64,000 nucleotides of DNA from Terriglobia bacterium (GCA_965206645.1 CBDBKE010000004.1:256001-320000); one strand, 5' to 3'; shown: positions 9,224 to 18,215, counted from the first letter of the stretch. Numbers and translations: made by a program. The notes: generated by a model from the letters alone, not told the origin.

Positions 9224-12200
9224 ATGAGAGCGGGCACTCGGGCGGCGCTTTTTCTTATCCTGATTCTTATCCGGGTCGCCGGCCTAGCTCACGTCATCAC
9301 ATACTTAGCACCCGGCGCGTCCGCAGCCAATTCCAGTCAAGCGCAAATCCGCCCTGTCGATGACAGCATCTTTCCTGATGAGTATCCCCAATTCCTGAAA
9401 GAGGGTTATGTCCTTTTACGGGAAGCGGAACAACTAAGACAGCTCGGCGCGAATGAACGGGAAATGGCCCTTAGAAACCAACCCGAAAAACGGGGAAGTA
9501 TTCTTCGCGGGATGGTTGAGAAAGAAGAACTGAAAACCGAACCACTCTACACTTTCGTTCGAGCGCAGGTGGGTGAGACCGGTTTTGAAGCATTCCTGCA
9601 GCGTTATGGAATTGACCCCGGCAACCAAGACGATATTGAACTGGAGATCCTGGCACAGATTGACAGGATGCGCCGGAGGGAAAGCTACTACAGGTTTGTC
9701 CGGAAATTTAGCGACGCGACCGCTGGCCGCGCAGACAGAGTTGAGTTAGTCAAAGCAAGCATGGCTCCCCACGAACTGGAGTATGCGCTTCGACACTGCG
9801 AAGAGGAAGAGTTTGACACCCTCCGGGACACTATCGTGTCCAGAAACGGCTTTGGACCGCAGACGTCGCAGGATAGGGATTTGCTCCGTGCTCTTGAAGA
9901 AAAGCGCCGTGCAGCCTTAATCAACACGGACGAAGGCGCCGCAACCAAGTGGCGTGCCGTCATCGCGCAACTGGTCTCGCAGCCGGCGGGAAGAGCAGGT
10001 CGGCGCCTGCCATTCAGTAAACCGGAAATGTTTGCCATGATGCGCAACGCGGAGAGGACGCTCGAGCAGAGAAAGCGCCCATTTGTCGTTGTCACTGACC
10101 CTGCTGAGCTGGGCAATGAATCAGCCGCCGAGGCAGCTGAAATTATCCAGACGCTGGGTGTTGCATGTGAATCGCCTCAGACGCAGCCGCTCATTGCCTA
10201 TGCTTTCCTGGATCGTGACCTGGCTGGTGATTTGAAGAGATTGAATCGAGTCTATGGGGACATCCTTTCTAACGAAGATAGCACTCAAACCAAAGCTACA
10301 AAAACGTCCCTTCGTAAGAAAAAGGAACTTCTCGAGTCGCTCGAGAACGCCGCCTGTCAGCGCATCAAGACGGAGCTTGAAGCCTCGAGAAAGATGGTTT
10401 TGAAGCTGGTGCGAACCATACTAGCCGGTCGCGGCCAACCTTACCGGTTTCCCTTTATCCGGGGAGTCATTCTTTTCAAAGGCAATCAAGGTCACCTGGC
10501 ATATCGTTTCGTTGAAGACTTTCCCATGATTGTGGCTGGAGAGACGTACCCCTATCAGTGGAAACATGACAACGAGGTTAATATCGCCCTGCTTCTTGCC
10601 AATGTGGATCCATATGAGGCGGCCCAGGCAGTGCGGTTTATCATTTATCACGGTATGTGGAGGAGTGAAGAAGCAAAAAGCCTCGGCCTCTACGGGTGGC
10701 TGTCTCAGATCATTTTCGGGGATAGGCAAACGGGGAGATTACCCGAATTCAGGAACAAAATATATTACTACTTTCCAGATTTCCGATTCCGACCGACCGG
10801 AAAGATAGATTCGGAAAAAGAGCGTAATCGGACTAGCGAGATCATGCAACTGCCGTTTTTTGCTTGGACAGTGTGGCGTGTGTATGAGGAGTTGACGAAG
10901 ATTCATGAGCAGCACGGTGTGTCCTTTCTCAACGAGGTTTACCCTTATGTTCGGGCAAATACGGAGGCAATTCGCACGGGATTAGATCCCTATGACGAAG
11001 CGGTTCTTTCCGGACGAGACGCCTGGGTGAACGGCATGGACAACGCTTGGTACCATCTCATGGTGATGATGAGGCATCTTCCTGACCGCCTTATTCCTGA
11101 CTGGGCGATGGAGGTAGTGGAAAAGAATCGAGTGGACAATCGTGTTAATAAAAAGCCTGGGAACCCCGTGGATCCGAAACTCGCGAGAGGCCGACCCAGT
11201 AAGTACTACTACGCGTCGAAGATCGTGTTCTACAGCATTATCAAGGAACTGGAGCTGGAACCGGTGGCCGTTTACAACGCAAGCCCCTACAACGCCAAAG
11301 ATGTTGCACTCACGGCGGTGATGGCGCGCAGTCTAGAAGCACAAATCGCCATGGCAAAGGTACTGAGAAGCACGGATACGAACGTGCTCCGCGTAAGCGC
11401 GATGAGAGGGCGCAAGAATGAAATTGTGGGCACCTGGAATGACGAGATTGTCCGCTACCAGGCCTATTTGGATCGGGTGAAGAAGGCAATGAACGAGCAT
11501 CTCTGGGAGCCGCAGGATAAGACGTACTACAACCGTGATGTAACGCGAATGTTTCGAAGCGTCGTGGAACAGCAATTCTGCCGACCTGGTGTCAGGAAGC
11601 AAGGTCAAATTCTTTGTGAGCCTAGAATGAAATATTGGAATTGTGAAGTGGCCAACCAGGGAAGGGGACATTGCGCGCTAACCGAAGAGGCTCGCGAATC
11701 TGTAGAGCTTGATGAGCGGCTAGTTTCGGTTGGCCTCGATTCAAATGGGACGATCCAGTATGAATACAAATTTACCCCGCAGTATTGGACATGGGTCGCG
11801 GGTAAGCACGGCAGTGGGCGTTATCGGTTGAATGTGCGACCAGGAGATCCTTTCATAGTCGAACAATTTAGCCGCCCCAACAAGGACGAAGCGGGACACC
11901 TCTGGTATGAACCGAAGGGGGATTACTGGACGTGCCTGGAGGATCAAGAAGGAGCTAGGCACTGTGAGCTGAATGAGCGGGCTAAGAGGCTTATGGAAAA
12001 AGGCGCCCGCAGGATTGAAGAGGGTGACGTGCTTCGTTCGCCCGCCATTGCTGGCTTCTTCCCGATGTTCGGTCATATTCCCAGCGCAGAAAGAGCCTCT
12101 CAGCTAGCATTGCAATTGGTTAACCCGTGGATGTGGTGGCCAGTGAATGGGATTCCGATTCCCACCCAGCCCATGATGATACAGAACGCTGACGGTCAGT

Positions 12201-12529
12201 ATGTTTCAAATCGGGTCTACGATCCGGACAGATACTGGCTCGGACCAGCATGGATGGCGTCAACAAAACCTGTAATGGATGGATTTTACTCCTACGGTTA
12301 TCAAATGCCCTATCTGTACATTGTGCAGCGTGCCGTTGGAACGCTACAAGACGGGAGAGCAGTGGAACACTGGAATCCAGAAACTGGTGGGGTGAATACG
12401 TCCAATGTAAATTTTCCATGGGCGGCCTCCTGCATGGCTGGATCAATTTGGGGAGAGTTGACAAAAGAGGAACAGGTCGAATACTTGCGGCGATTCCACC
12501 CCGGCCAGTTTGCGCAAAGCGGATTTTGA
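9224..12529 (+). CDS. Large secreted or anchored protein with a C-terminal GH63/MGH1-like (alpha/alpha)6 glycoside hydrolase domain
   Basis: YPYQWKHD, TSEIMQLP, GMDNAW, YDPDRYWLGPAW and EHWNPETG resemble mannosyl/glucosylglycerate hydrolase motifs. N-terminal hydrophobic segment. Visibly lower GC than the flanks. Confidence 0.65.
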   Translation: MRAGTRAALFLILILIRVAGLAHVITYLAPGASAANSSQAQIRPVDDSIFPDEYPQFLKEGYVLLREAEQLRQLGANEREMALRNQPEKRGSILRGMVEKEELKTEPLYTFVRAQVGETGFEAFLQRYGIDPGNQDDIELEILAQIDRMRRRESYYRFVRKFSDATAGRADRVELVKASMAPHELEYALRHCEEEEFDTLRDTIVSRNGFGPQTSQDRDLLRALEEKRRAALINTDEGAATKWRAVIAQLVSQPAGRAGRRLPFSKPEMFAMMRNAERTLEQRKRPFVVVTDPAELGNESAAEAAEIIQTLGVACESPQTQPLIAYAFLDRDLAGDLKRLNRVYGDILSNEDSTQTKATKTSLRKKKELLESLENAACQRIKTELEASRKMVLKLVRTILAGRGQPYRFPFIRGVILFKGNQGHLAYRFVEDFPMIVAGETYPYQWKHDNEVNIALLLANVDPYEAAQAVRFIIYHGMWRSEEAKSLGLYGWLSQIIFGDRQTGRLPEFRNKIYYYFPDFRFRPTGKIDSEKERNRTSEIMQLPFFAWTVWRVYEELTKIHEQHGVSFLNEVYPYVRANTEAIRTGLDPYDEAVLSGRDAWVNGMDNAWYHLMVMMRHLPDRLIPDWAMEVVEKNRVDNRVNKKPGNPVDPKLARGRPSKYYYASKIVFYSIIKELELEPVAVYNASPYNAKDVALTAVMARSLEAQIAMAKVLRSTDTNVLRVSAMRGRKNEIVGTWNDEIVRYQAYLDRVKKAMNEHLWEPQDKTYYNRDVTRMFRSVVEQQFCRPGVRKQGQILCEPRMKYWNCEVANQGRGHCALTEEARESVELDERLVSVGLDSNGTIQYEYKFTPQYWTWVAGKHGSGRYRLNVRPGDPFIVEQFSRPNKDEAGHLWYEPKGDYWTCLEDQEGARHCELNERAKRLMEKGARRIEEGDVLRSPAIAGFFPMFGHIPSAERASQLALQLVNPWMWWPVNGIPIPTQPMMIQNADGQYVSNRVYDPDRYWLGPAWMASTKPVMDGFYSYGYQMPYLYIVQRAVGTLQDGRAVEHWNPETGGVNTSNVNFPWAASCMAGSIWGELTKEEQVEYLRRFHPGQFAQSGF

Positions 12530-12592
12530 ACACGATCTCCAATCTTACGGACAGCCACTGGGACATCTCCAAGCAGCGCAGAAACCCTCGTC

Positions 12593-13699
12593 ATGAAACT
12601 TGAAGGAATTGTGCTTCGCGAAATCCGCATGCCGCTGGTTTCCTTCTTTGAAACCAGCTTTGGGCGCACCACGGATCGGCGGATTGTGCTGGTCGAGGTG
12701 CAGGCCGCAGGCGGTTCGGGCTGGGGCGAAGTGACGGCGCCGAGGCATCCGCTGTACAACGAGGAGACCACCGAGACCGCTTGGCACATCCTGCGAGACT
12801 ATGTTGCGCCGTGCCTGCTCGGTCGCCCGCTGGGGTGCGCCGGGGAGATCAGCAGTTTGCTTGGACACATCCGCGGCCACAACATGGCCAAAGCAGGAGT
12901 GGAAGCGGCCGCTTGGGAGCTGGAGGCGCGCATGAACGGCCGGCCCTTGTGGCAGCACATCGGCGGCCGGCACCAGGAGATTCCGTGCGGGGTCTCCATC
13001 GGCATTCAGAATACAGTGGAGGAGTTGCTGGAGCGCATCCAGCGCGAACTGGATGCCGGCTACCAGCGCATCAAGATCAAGATCAAGCCGGGATGGGACG
13101 TGGATGTGGTGGCTCAGGTACGAGAGCGGTTTCCTGCCATTCGCTTGATGGTGGATGCCAATTCGGCGTATACGCTGGCCGACGCCGACCATCTAAAGCG
13201 GCTGGACGATTACTATCTGATGATGGTCGAGCAGCCTCTGGCCTACTACGACCTTCTGGACCACGCCCGGCTGCAACAGCGTTTGCAGACGCCGATCTGT
13301 CTGGACGAGTCCATCCGAAACCTCAGGCTGGCAGAGCAGGCCATCGAGCTGGGCGCGGCACGCATTGTGAACATCAAGCTGGGCCGGGTTGGCGGCTTTG
13401 CCGAGGCGCGCCGCATTCACGACGCAGCGCAGGCGGCCGGCGTGCCGGTCTGGTGCGGGGGCATGCTGGAGTCGGGTATCGGCCGCGCGCACAACATCGC
13501 CCTCTCGACTCTGGAGAACTTCGTGCTGCCAGGCGACGTCTCGGCCAGCCAGCGCTATTGGTCGCGCGACATCATCGTCCCGCCGGTGGAGGTGACCCCG
13601 CGCGGGACCATCCTGGCGAGGGAGGCTCCCGGGCTGGGCTTCGAGCTGGATTGGGACTACATCGAAGCGCTCACTGCCAGAAAAGAGGAACTTCGCTGA
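12593..13699 (+). CDS. menC: o-succinylbenzoate synthase / N-succinylamino acid racemase (enolase superfamily)
   Basis: FETSFG, GYQRIKIKIKPGWD, VDANSAY, EQPL, CLDESI, NIKLGRVGG, WCGGMLESGIGRA and PGDVSAS motifs. Confidence 0.9.
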   Translation: MKLEGIVLREIRMPLVSFFETSFGRTTDRRIVLVEVQAAGGSGWGEVTAPRHPLYNEETTETAWHILRDYVAPCLLGRPLGCAGEISSLLGHIRGHNMAKAGVEAAAWELEARMNGRPLWQHIGGRHQEIPCGVSIGIQNTVEELLERIQRELDAGYQRIKIKIKPGWDVDVVAQVRERFPAIRLMVDANSAYTLADADHLKRLDDYYLMMVEQPLAYYDLLDHARLQQRLQTPICLDESIRNLRLAEQAIELGAARIVNIKLGRVGGFAEARRIHDAAQAAGVPVWCGGMLESGIGRAHNIALSTLENFVLPGDVSASQRYWSRDIIVPPVEVTPRGTILAREAPGLGFELDWDYIEALTARKEELR

Positions 13700-14646
13700 A
13701 GCACCACGGGATTCTCCCCGCGCCCGAGGAAGTGCGGCCGGCGGTGCTGGAAGCGGAGCACCGCCCGCCACCAATTTCTCGCCTCCGCCTCTACCTACTT
13801 CTCGGCCTGATGGTCCTGCTATGGTCGGGCAACTTCGTCATCGGCAAGCTTGCCGTGCGCGAGTTTCCCATCCTGACTCTGGGTGGGTTGCGCATCATGC
13901 TGGCGGCCTTTTTCCTGGTGACCTACTTTGCCGCCCGGCGTGGCGTGGCTGGGTTCCAGGCACTACGCCGCGAATGGAAGCTGCTGGGCGTGCTGACTCT
14001 GTTTGGGATTGTCTTCAACCAGCTATTCTTCATAGCTGGGTTGAAGCACACCAGCGTAGCGCATTCCTCGCTGATTATTTGCTTCAGCCCGGTGTTCGTG
14101 CTGATCATCGCACGCCTCCACGGGCTGGAGAAGTTCACTGCGCTGAAGATCGCAGGGCTGGCCATCTCGATGGTCGGGGTGGCGGTGCTGGCTGGAGAGC
14201 AGCAGCCGGGGCGCGGGCCCACGCTGCTTGGTGACCTGTTAACCTTAACCGCTGGGCTGGCTTTCGCCTGCTACGTCGTACTCGGCAAGGAACTCACCCC
14301 CCGCTTTGACGCGCTTTCGCTGACCACCTTCATCTATTCACTGGGGACCTTGATTTTCCTTCCGATCACAGTCGGCAGCCTGATCGTCGGTGGTGTCCCA
14401 GCGGCCAGCAGCACGGCGTGGCTAGCGCTGGCGTACATGGCTGTCTGCGGTTCAGTGGTTTCCTACCTGATTTTTTACTACGCGCTACGCTTCATTTCCG
14501 CCACTCGCATGGCGGCCTTGGCCTATCTGCAACCGGTGGTTGCCATCCCGCTGGGGTTGGTTCTGCTTGAAGAACCGGTAACGGGTCATCTGTTGGTGGG
14601 CGCCGCCGTGGTTTTTCTTGGAGTTTACCTCATCGAAAGGGGCTAG
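13696..14646 (+). CDS. EamA/DMT-family transporter
   Basis: LLWSGNFVIGK, two EamA repeats, ~10 TM. Start uncertain (13696-13810). Confidence 0.85.
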   Translation: MKHHGILPAPEEVRPAVLEAEHRPPPISRLRLYLLLGLMVLLWSGNFVIGKLAVREFPILTLGGLRIMLAAFFLVTYFAARRGVAGFQALRREWKLLGVLTLFGIVFNQLFFIAGLKHTSVAHSSLIICFSPVFVLIIARLHGLEKFTALKIAGLAISMVGVAVLAGEQQPGRGPTLLGDLLTLTAGLAFACYVVLGKELTPRFDALSLTTFIYSLGTLIFLPITVGSLIVGGVPAASSTAWLALAYMAVCGSVVSYLIFYYALRFISATRMAALAYLQPVVAIPLGLVLLEEPVTGHLLVGAAVVFLGVYLIERG

Positions 14647-14814
14647 CCTGGAAGGTACAGAGGCTTGCCGGTAGGCGCGTCTTAGCGGTTACGGCCGGCT
14701 TCTTTCCCTGAAGCAGACGAGTTGATCTGTGGTAGCCTAAATTATCGAGTTGGCGCGGTCAGGGAACTGCAACAGAGTGGGTTTTTATCAATCTCAACCC
14801 CTGCAGGTGTGACC

Positions 14815-16167
14815 ATGTGGAGAATCACGAGGCCTGCCGTCCTGGCGGCGGTGCTGTTACTGTACGGTCTGCCTTTGTTCGGGCGGCCGGAATTTCTGCT
14901 GCGCTACGCTAGCGACCCGTTCTCGCGCCCGGAGCTGCGCGGTTCTTGTGGCACCTGCCACGTCAATCCGGAGGGCAGCGGGCCGCGCAATGCCTTTGGT
15001 CGGGCGTTCGACCGCAACGACCATCGGGTCACGCCGGCGTTTCGCCTGCAGTGGCCCGACCACTTCCTGCAGAATATTAGCGCTGAAGTTCCCGGTCCCC
15101 AAGAAGCACCCCTGAAAGCCACCTGGGCGGCCGGGAAGGACGAGGAGGTCCTGGTGGAAATCGGTGGCGAACAGTACCTGCTGAACCGCGCTGAAGGCAG
15201 CGTCAAGAAGGTGGATGCAGCCGAGGTGCAGGCTTTCCGCACGCCGCCGCCGGTGCCTCCGCGCGCCGCGGAGCCGGAGGAAGTCCTGGAACCCCAGCCT
15301 ACCTTGGAGTACTACCTGGTGAACCTGCCGACCAACCGGGTGCGACCGCCGCGCAGCCTTCACCTGCGCTTCTCTCACCGCTTCGATGATCCGACGTTCA
15401 AGGGGCCGGACCGCCTTGGCAACCTGTTCGGTTTCGACAGCTTCTCCATTTCCTCCTTTGGTATCGAGGTGGGTTTGCTGCGGCGCGTCTCGTTCGTCAC
15501 CTACCGCAGCCCCATTCCGCGCAGGCTCGGCGGTCCGACCATTGAGCTGGGTCCGGTCTTCCATCTGCTGCAACAAGGCCAGCGAGTCCCCGTGTCGTTC
15601 TCCTTCCGCGCCACCGTTGAGGGAGAGGACAACTTTAGCGAGCGCTTTACGACCAACCTGGTTCCAGTGATTTCGCGCTCCATCGGCAACGTGGCTGAGC
15701 TATTCGTGGTGCCCATCTTCAACCTCGGGGTGCCACGGCGCACGCTGAACTCGGTTTTGCCCCCCGGGAAATTCGGACCCGGCCTGATCCCCGGGGACCG
15801 CCGCGACCTGACCCCGGGAGAACTCCGCGATCACATGGTCTCGGTTGGCCTGGGCGCCAGCATCCGGATTTGCCCTCGCACGGCGCTGATTGTCGAGTGG
15901 CGCCCTCGGGTGGCCGGCTTCCGCAGGCTGGGCTCGCGCAACACGTTTGCCTTCGGCATTCAGCGCAGCACCAACCGGCACGTGTTCGGGCTCACCCTTT
16001 CCAACACCCAGTCCACCACCACCACCACCACCACCACCACCACCACCACCACCACCACCACCACCACCACCACCACCACCACCACCACCACCACCACCAC
16101 CCGCTCGCTCACCGACGGGCTGGACGATCTCCGGATTGGGTTCAACCTGTACCGAAGGTTATGGTAG
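14815..16167 (+). CDS. Exported protein with an N-terminal CXXCH and a C-terminal DUF5777-like beta-barrel; contains a poly-Thr tract
   Basis: Signal peptide; SCGTCHVNPEGSGPRNAFG; LVNLPT...FSHRF...LFGFDS; RHVFGLTLSNTQ; aromatic C-terminus GFNLYRRLW. Confidence 0.7.
   Translation: MWRITRPAVLAAVLLLYGLPLFGRPEFLLRYASDPFSRPELRGSCGTCHVNPEGSGPRNAFGRAFDRNDHRVTPAFRLQWPDHFLQNISAEVPGPQEAPLKATWAAGKDEEVLVEIGGEQYLLNRAEGSVKKVDAAEVQAFRTPPPVPPRAAEPEEVLEPQPTLEYYLVNLPTNRVRPPRSLHLRFSHRFDDPTFKGPDRLGNLFGFDSFSISSFGIEVGLLRRVSFVTYRSPIPRRLGGPTIELGPVFHLLQQGQRVPVSFSFRATVEGEDNFSERFTTNLVPVISRSIGNVAELFVVPIFNLGVPRRTLNSVLPPGKFGPGLIPGDRRDLTPGELRDHMVSVGLGASIRICPRTALIVEWRPRVAGFRRLGSRNTFAFGIQRSTNRHVFGLTLSNTQSTTTTTTTTTTTTTTTTTTTTTTTTTTTTTRSLTDGLDDLRIGFNLYRRLW
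16015..16101 (+). repeat. Perfect (ACC)29 trinucleotide microsatellite, in frame (Thr29)
   Basis: Counted directly: 87 nt of uninterrupted ACC. Confidence 0.97.
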
Positions 16168-16177
16168 TCGAGCGTTC

Positions 16178-16270
16178 CTAGCGGGCACCGGTCCCGAGGT
16201 TGGGGGGCCCGCTCAGGCTTACTAGAAAAAGCAGCAACACCAGGAGCGCGAGGATGAGGACCAATACCAT
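16178..16270 (-). CDS. Putative 30-aa single-TM small protein (MVLVLILALLVLLLFLVSLSGPPNLGTGAR)
   Basis: ATG with AGGTG 5 nt upstream; strongly hydrophobic N-terminal 17 aa; fills an intergenic gap; below the ORF-track cutoff. Confidence 0.35.
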   Translation of the reverse strand: MVLVLILALLVLLLFLVSLSGPPNLGTGAR

Positions 16271-16516
16271 GAAGACACCTATGCCAGGAAGCTATGGTTC
16301 GGGGGCGAACCATAGACCCGGCTATTACGTGTAGAGTTGAGCAATTGGCTGGCCAAGATGTGCGTCCCGCTTTTTCAAGGCGTTAGCAATCCTGGTGGAT
16401 TTCTCCGCTAGGCTCCTTTGACACACCAGGAAACGAAATTCCCCATCTGATTCAAGGTTGTGGAAAAGATGTAACTATCTCGACCGATTCGGGTTATTAT
16501 TTTCTGAAAGTTGGCT

Positions 16517-17314
16517 ATGAGGAGACTTATTCTGTCCTTGATGGCCCTGTCCTTGATGATGTTGTTGCTGGCTGTTCCCGTGTGGGCGCAGGAGGCAGCT
16601 TCACTGACCCAGCAGGAGCCGAAGCCGACCACCTATACGGTGGCGACCGGCACACGCATTCCCTTGCTGCTGATCAACAGCATCAGCACGCGCAACGCCC
16701 AAGAGGGCGATCGGGTGTACCTGGAGACAGGCTTCCCCATTGTGGTGGATCGGAAGATTGTCATCCCTCCGGGCAGCTATGTGCTCGGGACCGTTACCCA
16801 GGTGAAACGACCCGGACGAGTGAAGGGGCGCGGAGAGCTCTACGTCCGCTTTGACACCCTGACACTGCCCAATGGCGTGACCCGGGATTTTCGCGGACGG
16901 GTGGGTTCGGTCGAGGCGGGTATCGGCGAGACGCTGGAGAAGAAGGAAGGCAAGATCGAAAGCGAATCCTCCAAGGGGGCCGACGCGGGCACGATCGCCA
17001 GCACAACTGCGACAGGAGCCAGCATTGGTGCCATCACCGGTTCGGCCACCGGACGCCCCGGTCTGGGCACCGGTATCGGGGCCGCCGCCGGAGCGGCAGC
17101 CGGGCTGGTTGCGGTGCTGCTGACCCGCGGCCGCGAGGTACTGCTGCTGCGGGGCACCCAACTGGATATGGTGCTGGACCGTGAGCTGGTATTTACCGAG
17201 AAAGAAGTGAGCTTTGAGGGACCCCAGTTTCGGAGTAGCGTTCCGGCAGCTTCAGCGCCCGCCAACAGACAGGAACGCTCCCGCGGCCTCCCGCTCCCCT
17301 TTCCCCGCTTCTGA
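16517..17314 (+). CDS. Exported TrbI/VirB10-like beta-domain protein with a glycine zipper
   Basis: Signal peptide (VWAQ); VATGTRIPLLLINSIST, IPPGSYVLGTVTQVKRPGRVKGRGEL; GAxIGA/GAAAG zipper. Confidence 0.7.
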   Translation: MRRLILSLMALSLMMLLLAVPVWAQEAASLTQQEPKPTTYTVATGTRIPLLLINSISTRNAQEGDRVYLETGFPIVVDRKIVIPPGSYVLGTVTQVKRPGRVKGRGELYVRFDTLTLPNGVTRDFRGRVGSVEAGIGETLEKKEGKIESESSKGADAGTIASTTATGASIGAITGSATGRPGLGTGIGAAAGAAAGLVAVLLTRGREVLLLRGTQLDMVLDRELVFTEKEVSFEGPQFRSSVPAASAPANRQERSRGLPLPFPRF

Positions 17315-17472
17315 CCGCAGCCTTCGTGGCACGGGTCCGCAAGCTCATCAGGACATCCGGCGGGTCTTCTCTATGTAACTGGTCTGTGTAACTGAATCTT
17401 CTGCAGCTCAATCGCAGAATCCAAAAGCGAAGGGCAGAATCGCCCGGTCGGGTTTCCCCGACGGGAGCGTGC

Positions 17473-17481
17473 TGTTATACT
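17473..17481 (+). promoter_or_regulatory. Extended -10 promoter element (TGnTATACT)
   Basis: TGTTATACT lies ~16 nt upstream of an AGGAGG ribosome-binding site. Confidence 0.5.
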
Positions 17482-17507
17482 AGGTAACTGAACCAGAGGA
17501 GGTTTGG

Positions 17508-17651
17508 TTGCTGTCGCTTAGTTGCCCTGCGTTGTCTCTGAGTTTTCTGTTTCTGGACGGCCTGACCCTGGTGTGCCTGGTGGGGACTATCCTGTTGTTC
17601 GGTGTATTCGGGTTTCTGTTCATCGTGGAGAGAAAGATGAACAAGCAATAA
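17508..17651 (+). CDS. Putative 47-aa small membrane protein (MLSLSCPALSLSFLFLDGLTLVCLVGTILLFGVFGFLFIVERKMNKQ)
   Basis: Perfect AGGAGG at 17497-17502, TTG start, TM helix followed by a basic tail. Directly upstream of the PCYCGC gene. Confidence 0.55.
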   Translation: MLSLSCPALSLSFLFLDGLTLVCLVGTILLFGVFGFLFIVERKMNKQ

Positions 17652-17677
17652 CCGGCGCGTTTCAGGAGAACTTGACT

Positions 17678-18169
17678 TTGGCACAGAAGAAAGCTCGTTC
17701 CGCCCCTGGCGCCTCACGGCGGTGGATCACTTCGGCTGTGGCGGCTGTGGCACTGCTGGTGGGTGCTGGGAGCTACCTGGCCGTTCGATCCTTGCGGCCG
17801 CCTGCGGCGCCTGCGCCCGCCAAGCCGCAGGCTAAGGCACAGAGCAGTCTGGGCGCGAAGGTGATTCTGCCGGCCGTTCCCCGACGGCCCCGCCCCGTGG
17901 CGCTGCCGCCCGAGCAATTCGCCGACCCGATGATCCGCAAGTCCTACGAAGTGGCCCGCAACAATCCGCAATTGCTGGAGCGGATGCCCTGTTACTGCGG
18001 CTGCTATATCAGTCCCGGACACGGCAATAACCTGGATTGCTTTGTGGACAGGCACGGTGAGACTTGAATACTGTGTCGCGTGATTGCGCTGGAAGCGCAA
18101 CAACTGCAGAACCAGGGGATGCCGATCCCCCAGATCAAGAAAACCATAGACGAGAAGTACGCGCGCTAG
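17678..18169 (+). CDS. PCYCGC/CYCXC-motif membrane-anchored protein, probable selenoprotein (TGA 18065-18067 = Sec)
   Basis: MPCYCGC..GHGNNLDCF..HGET-U-ILC-RVIALEAQQLQNQGMPIPQIKKTIDEKYAR. Readthrough restores the family's CxxC and its IDEKY C-terminus. AGGAG plus TTG start. Confidence 0.8.
18084..18100 (+). promoter_or_regulatory. Bacterial SECIS-like hairpin
   Basis: TTGCGCT-GGA-AGCGCAA is a perfect 7-bp stem with a G-first loop, 23 nt downstream of the in-frame UGA. Confidence 0.65.
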
Positions 18170-18215
18170 GGGCCGGACTGGCGCAAACGGCCATGCCTCC
18201 GCCCGGCTTGCGGGT

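Noticed and set aside
12781-13695. Long N-terminal extension of the EamA ORF (621 aa)
   Set aside because: It overlaps menC in another frame; a GC-rich shadow.
15870-16313. Poly-His, poly-Pro and poly-Val ORFs
   Set aside because: Alternative frames of the (ACC)29 tract; the Thr frame is the one continuous with the barrel gene.
16517-17314. VirB10-like gene as evidence of a type IV secretion or conjugative element
   Set aside because: No other T4SS genes, relaxase or integrase in the window.
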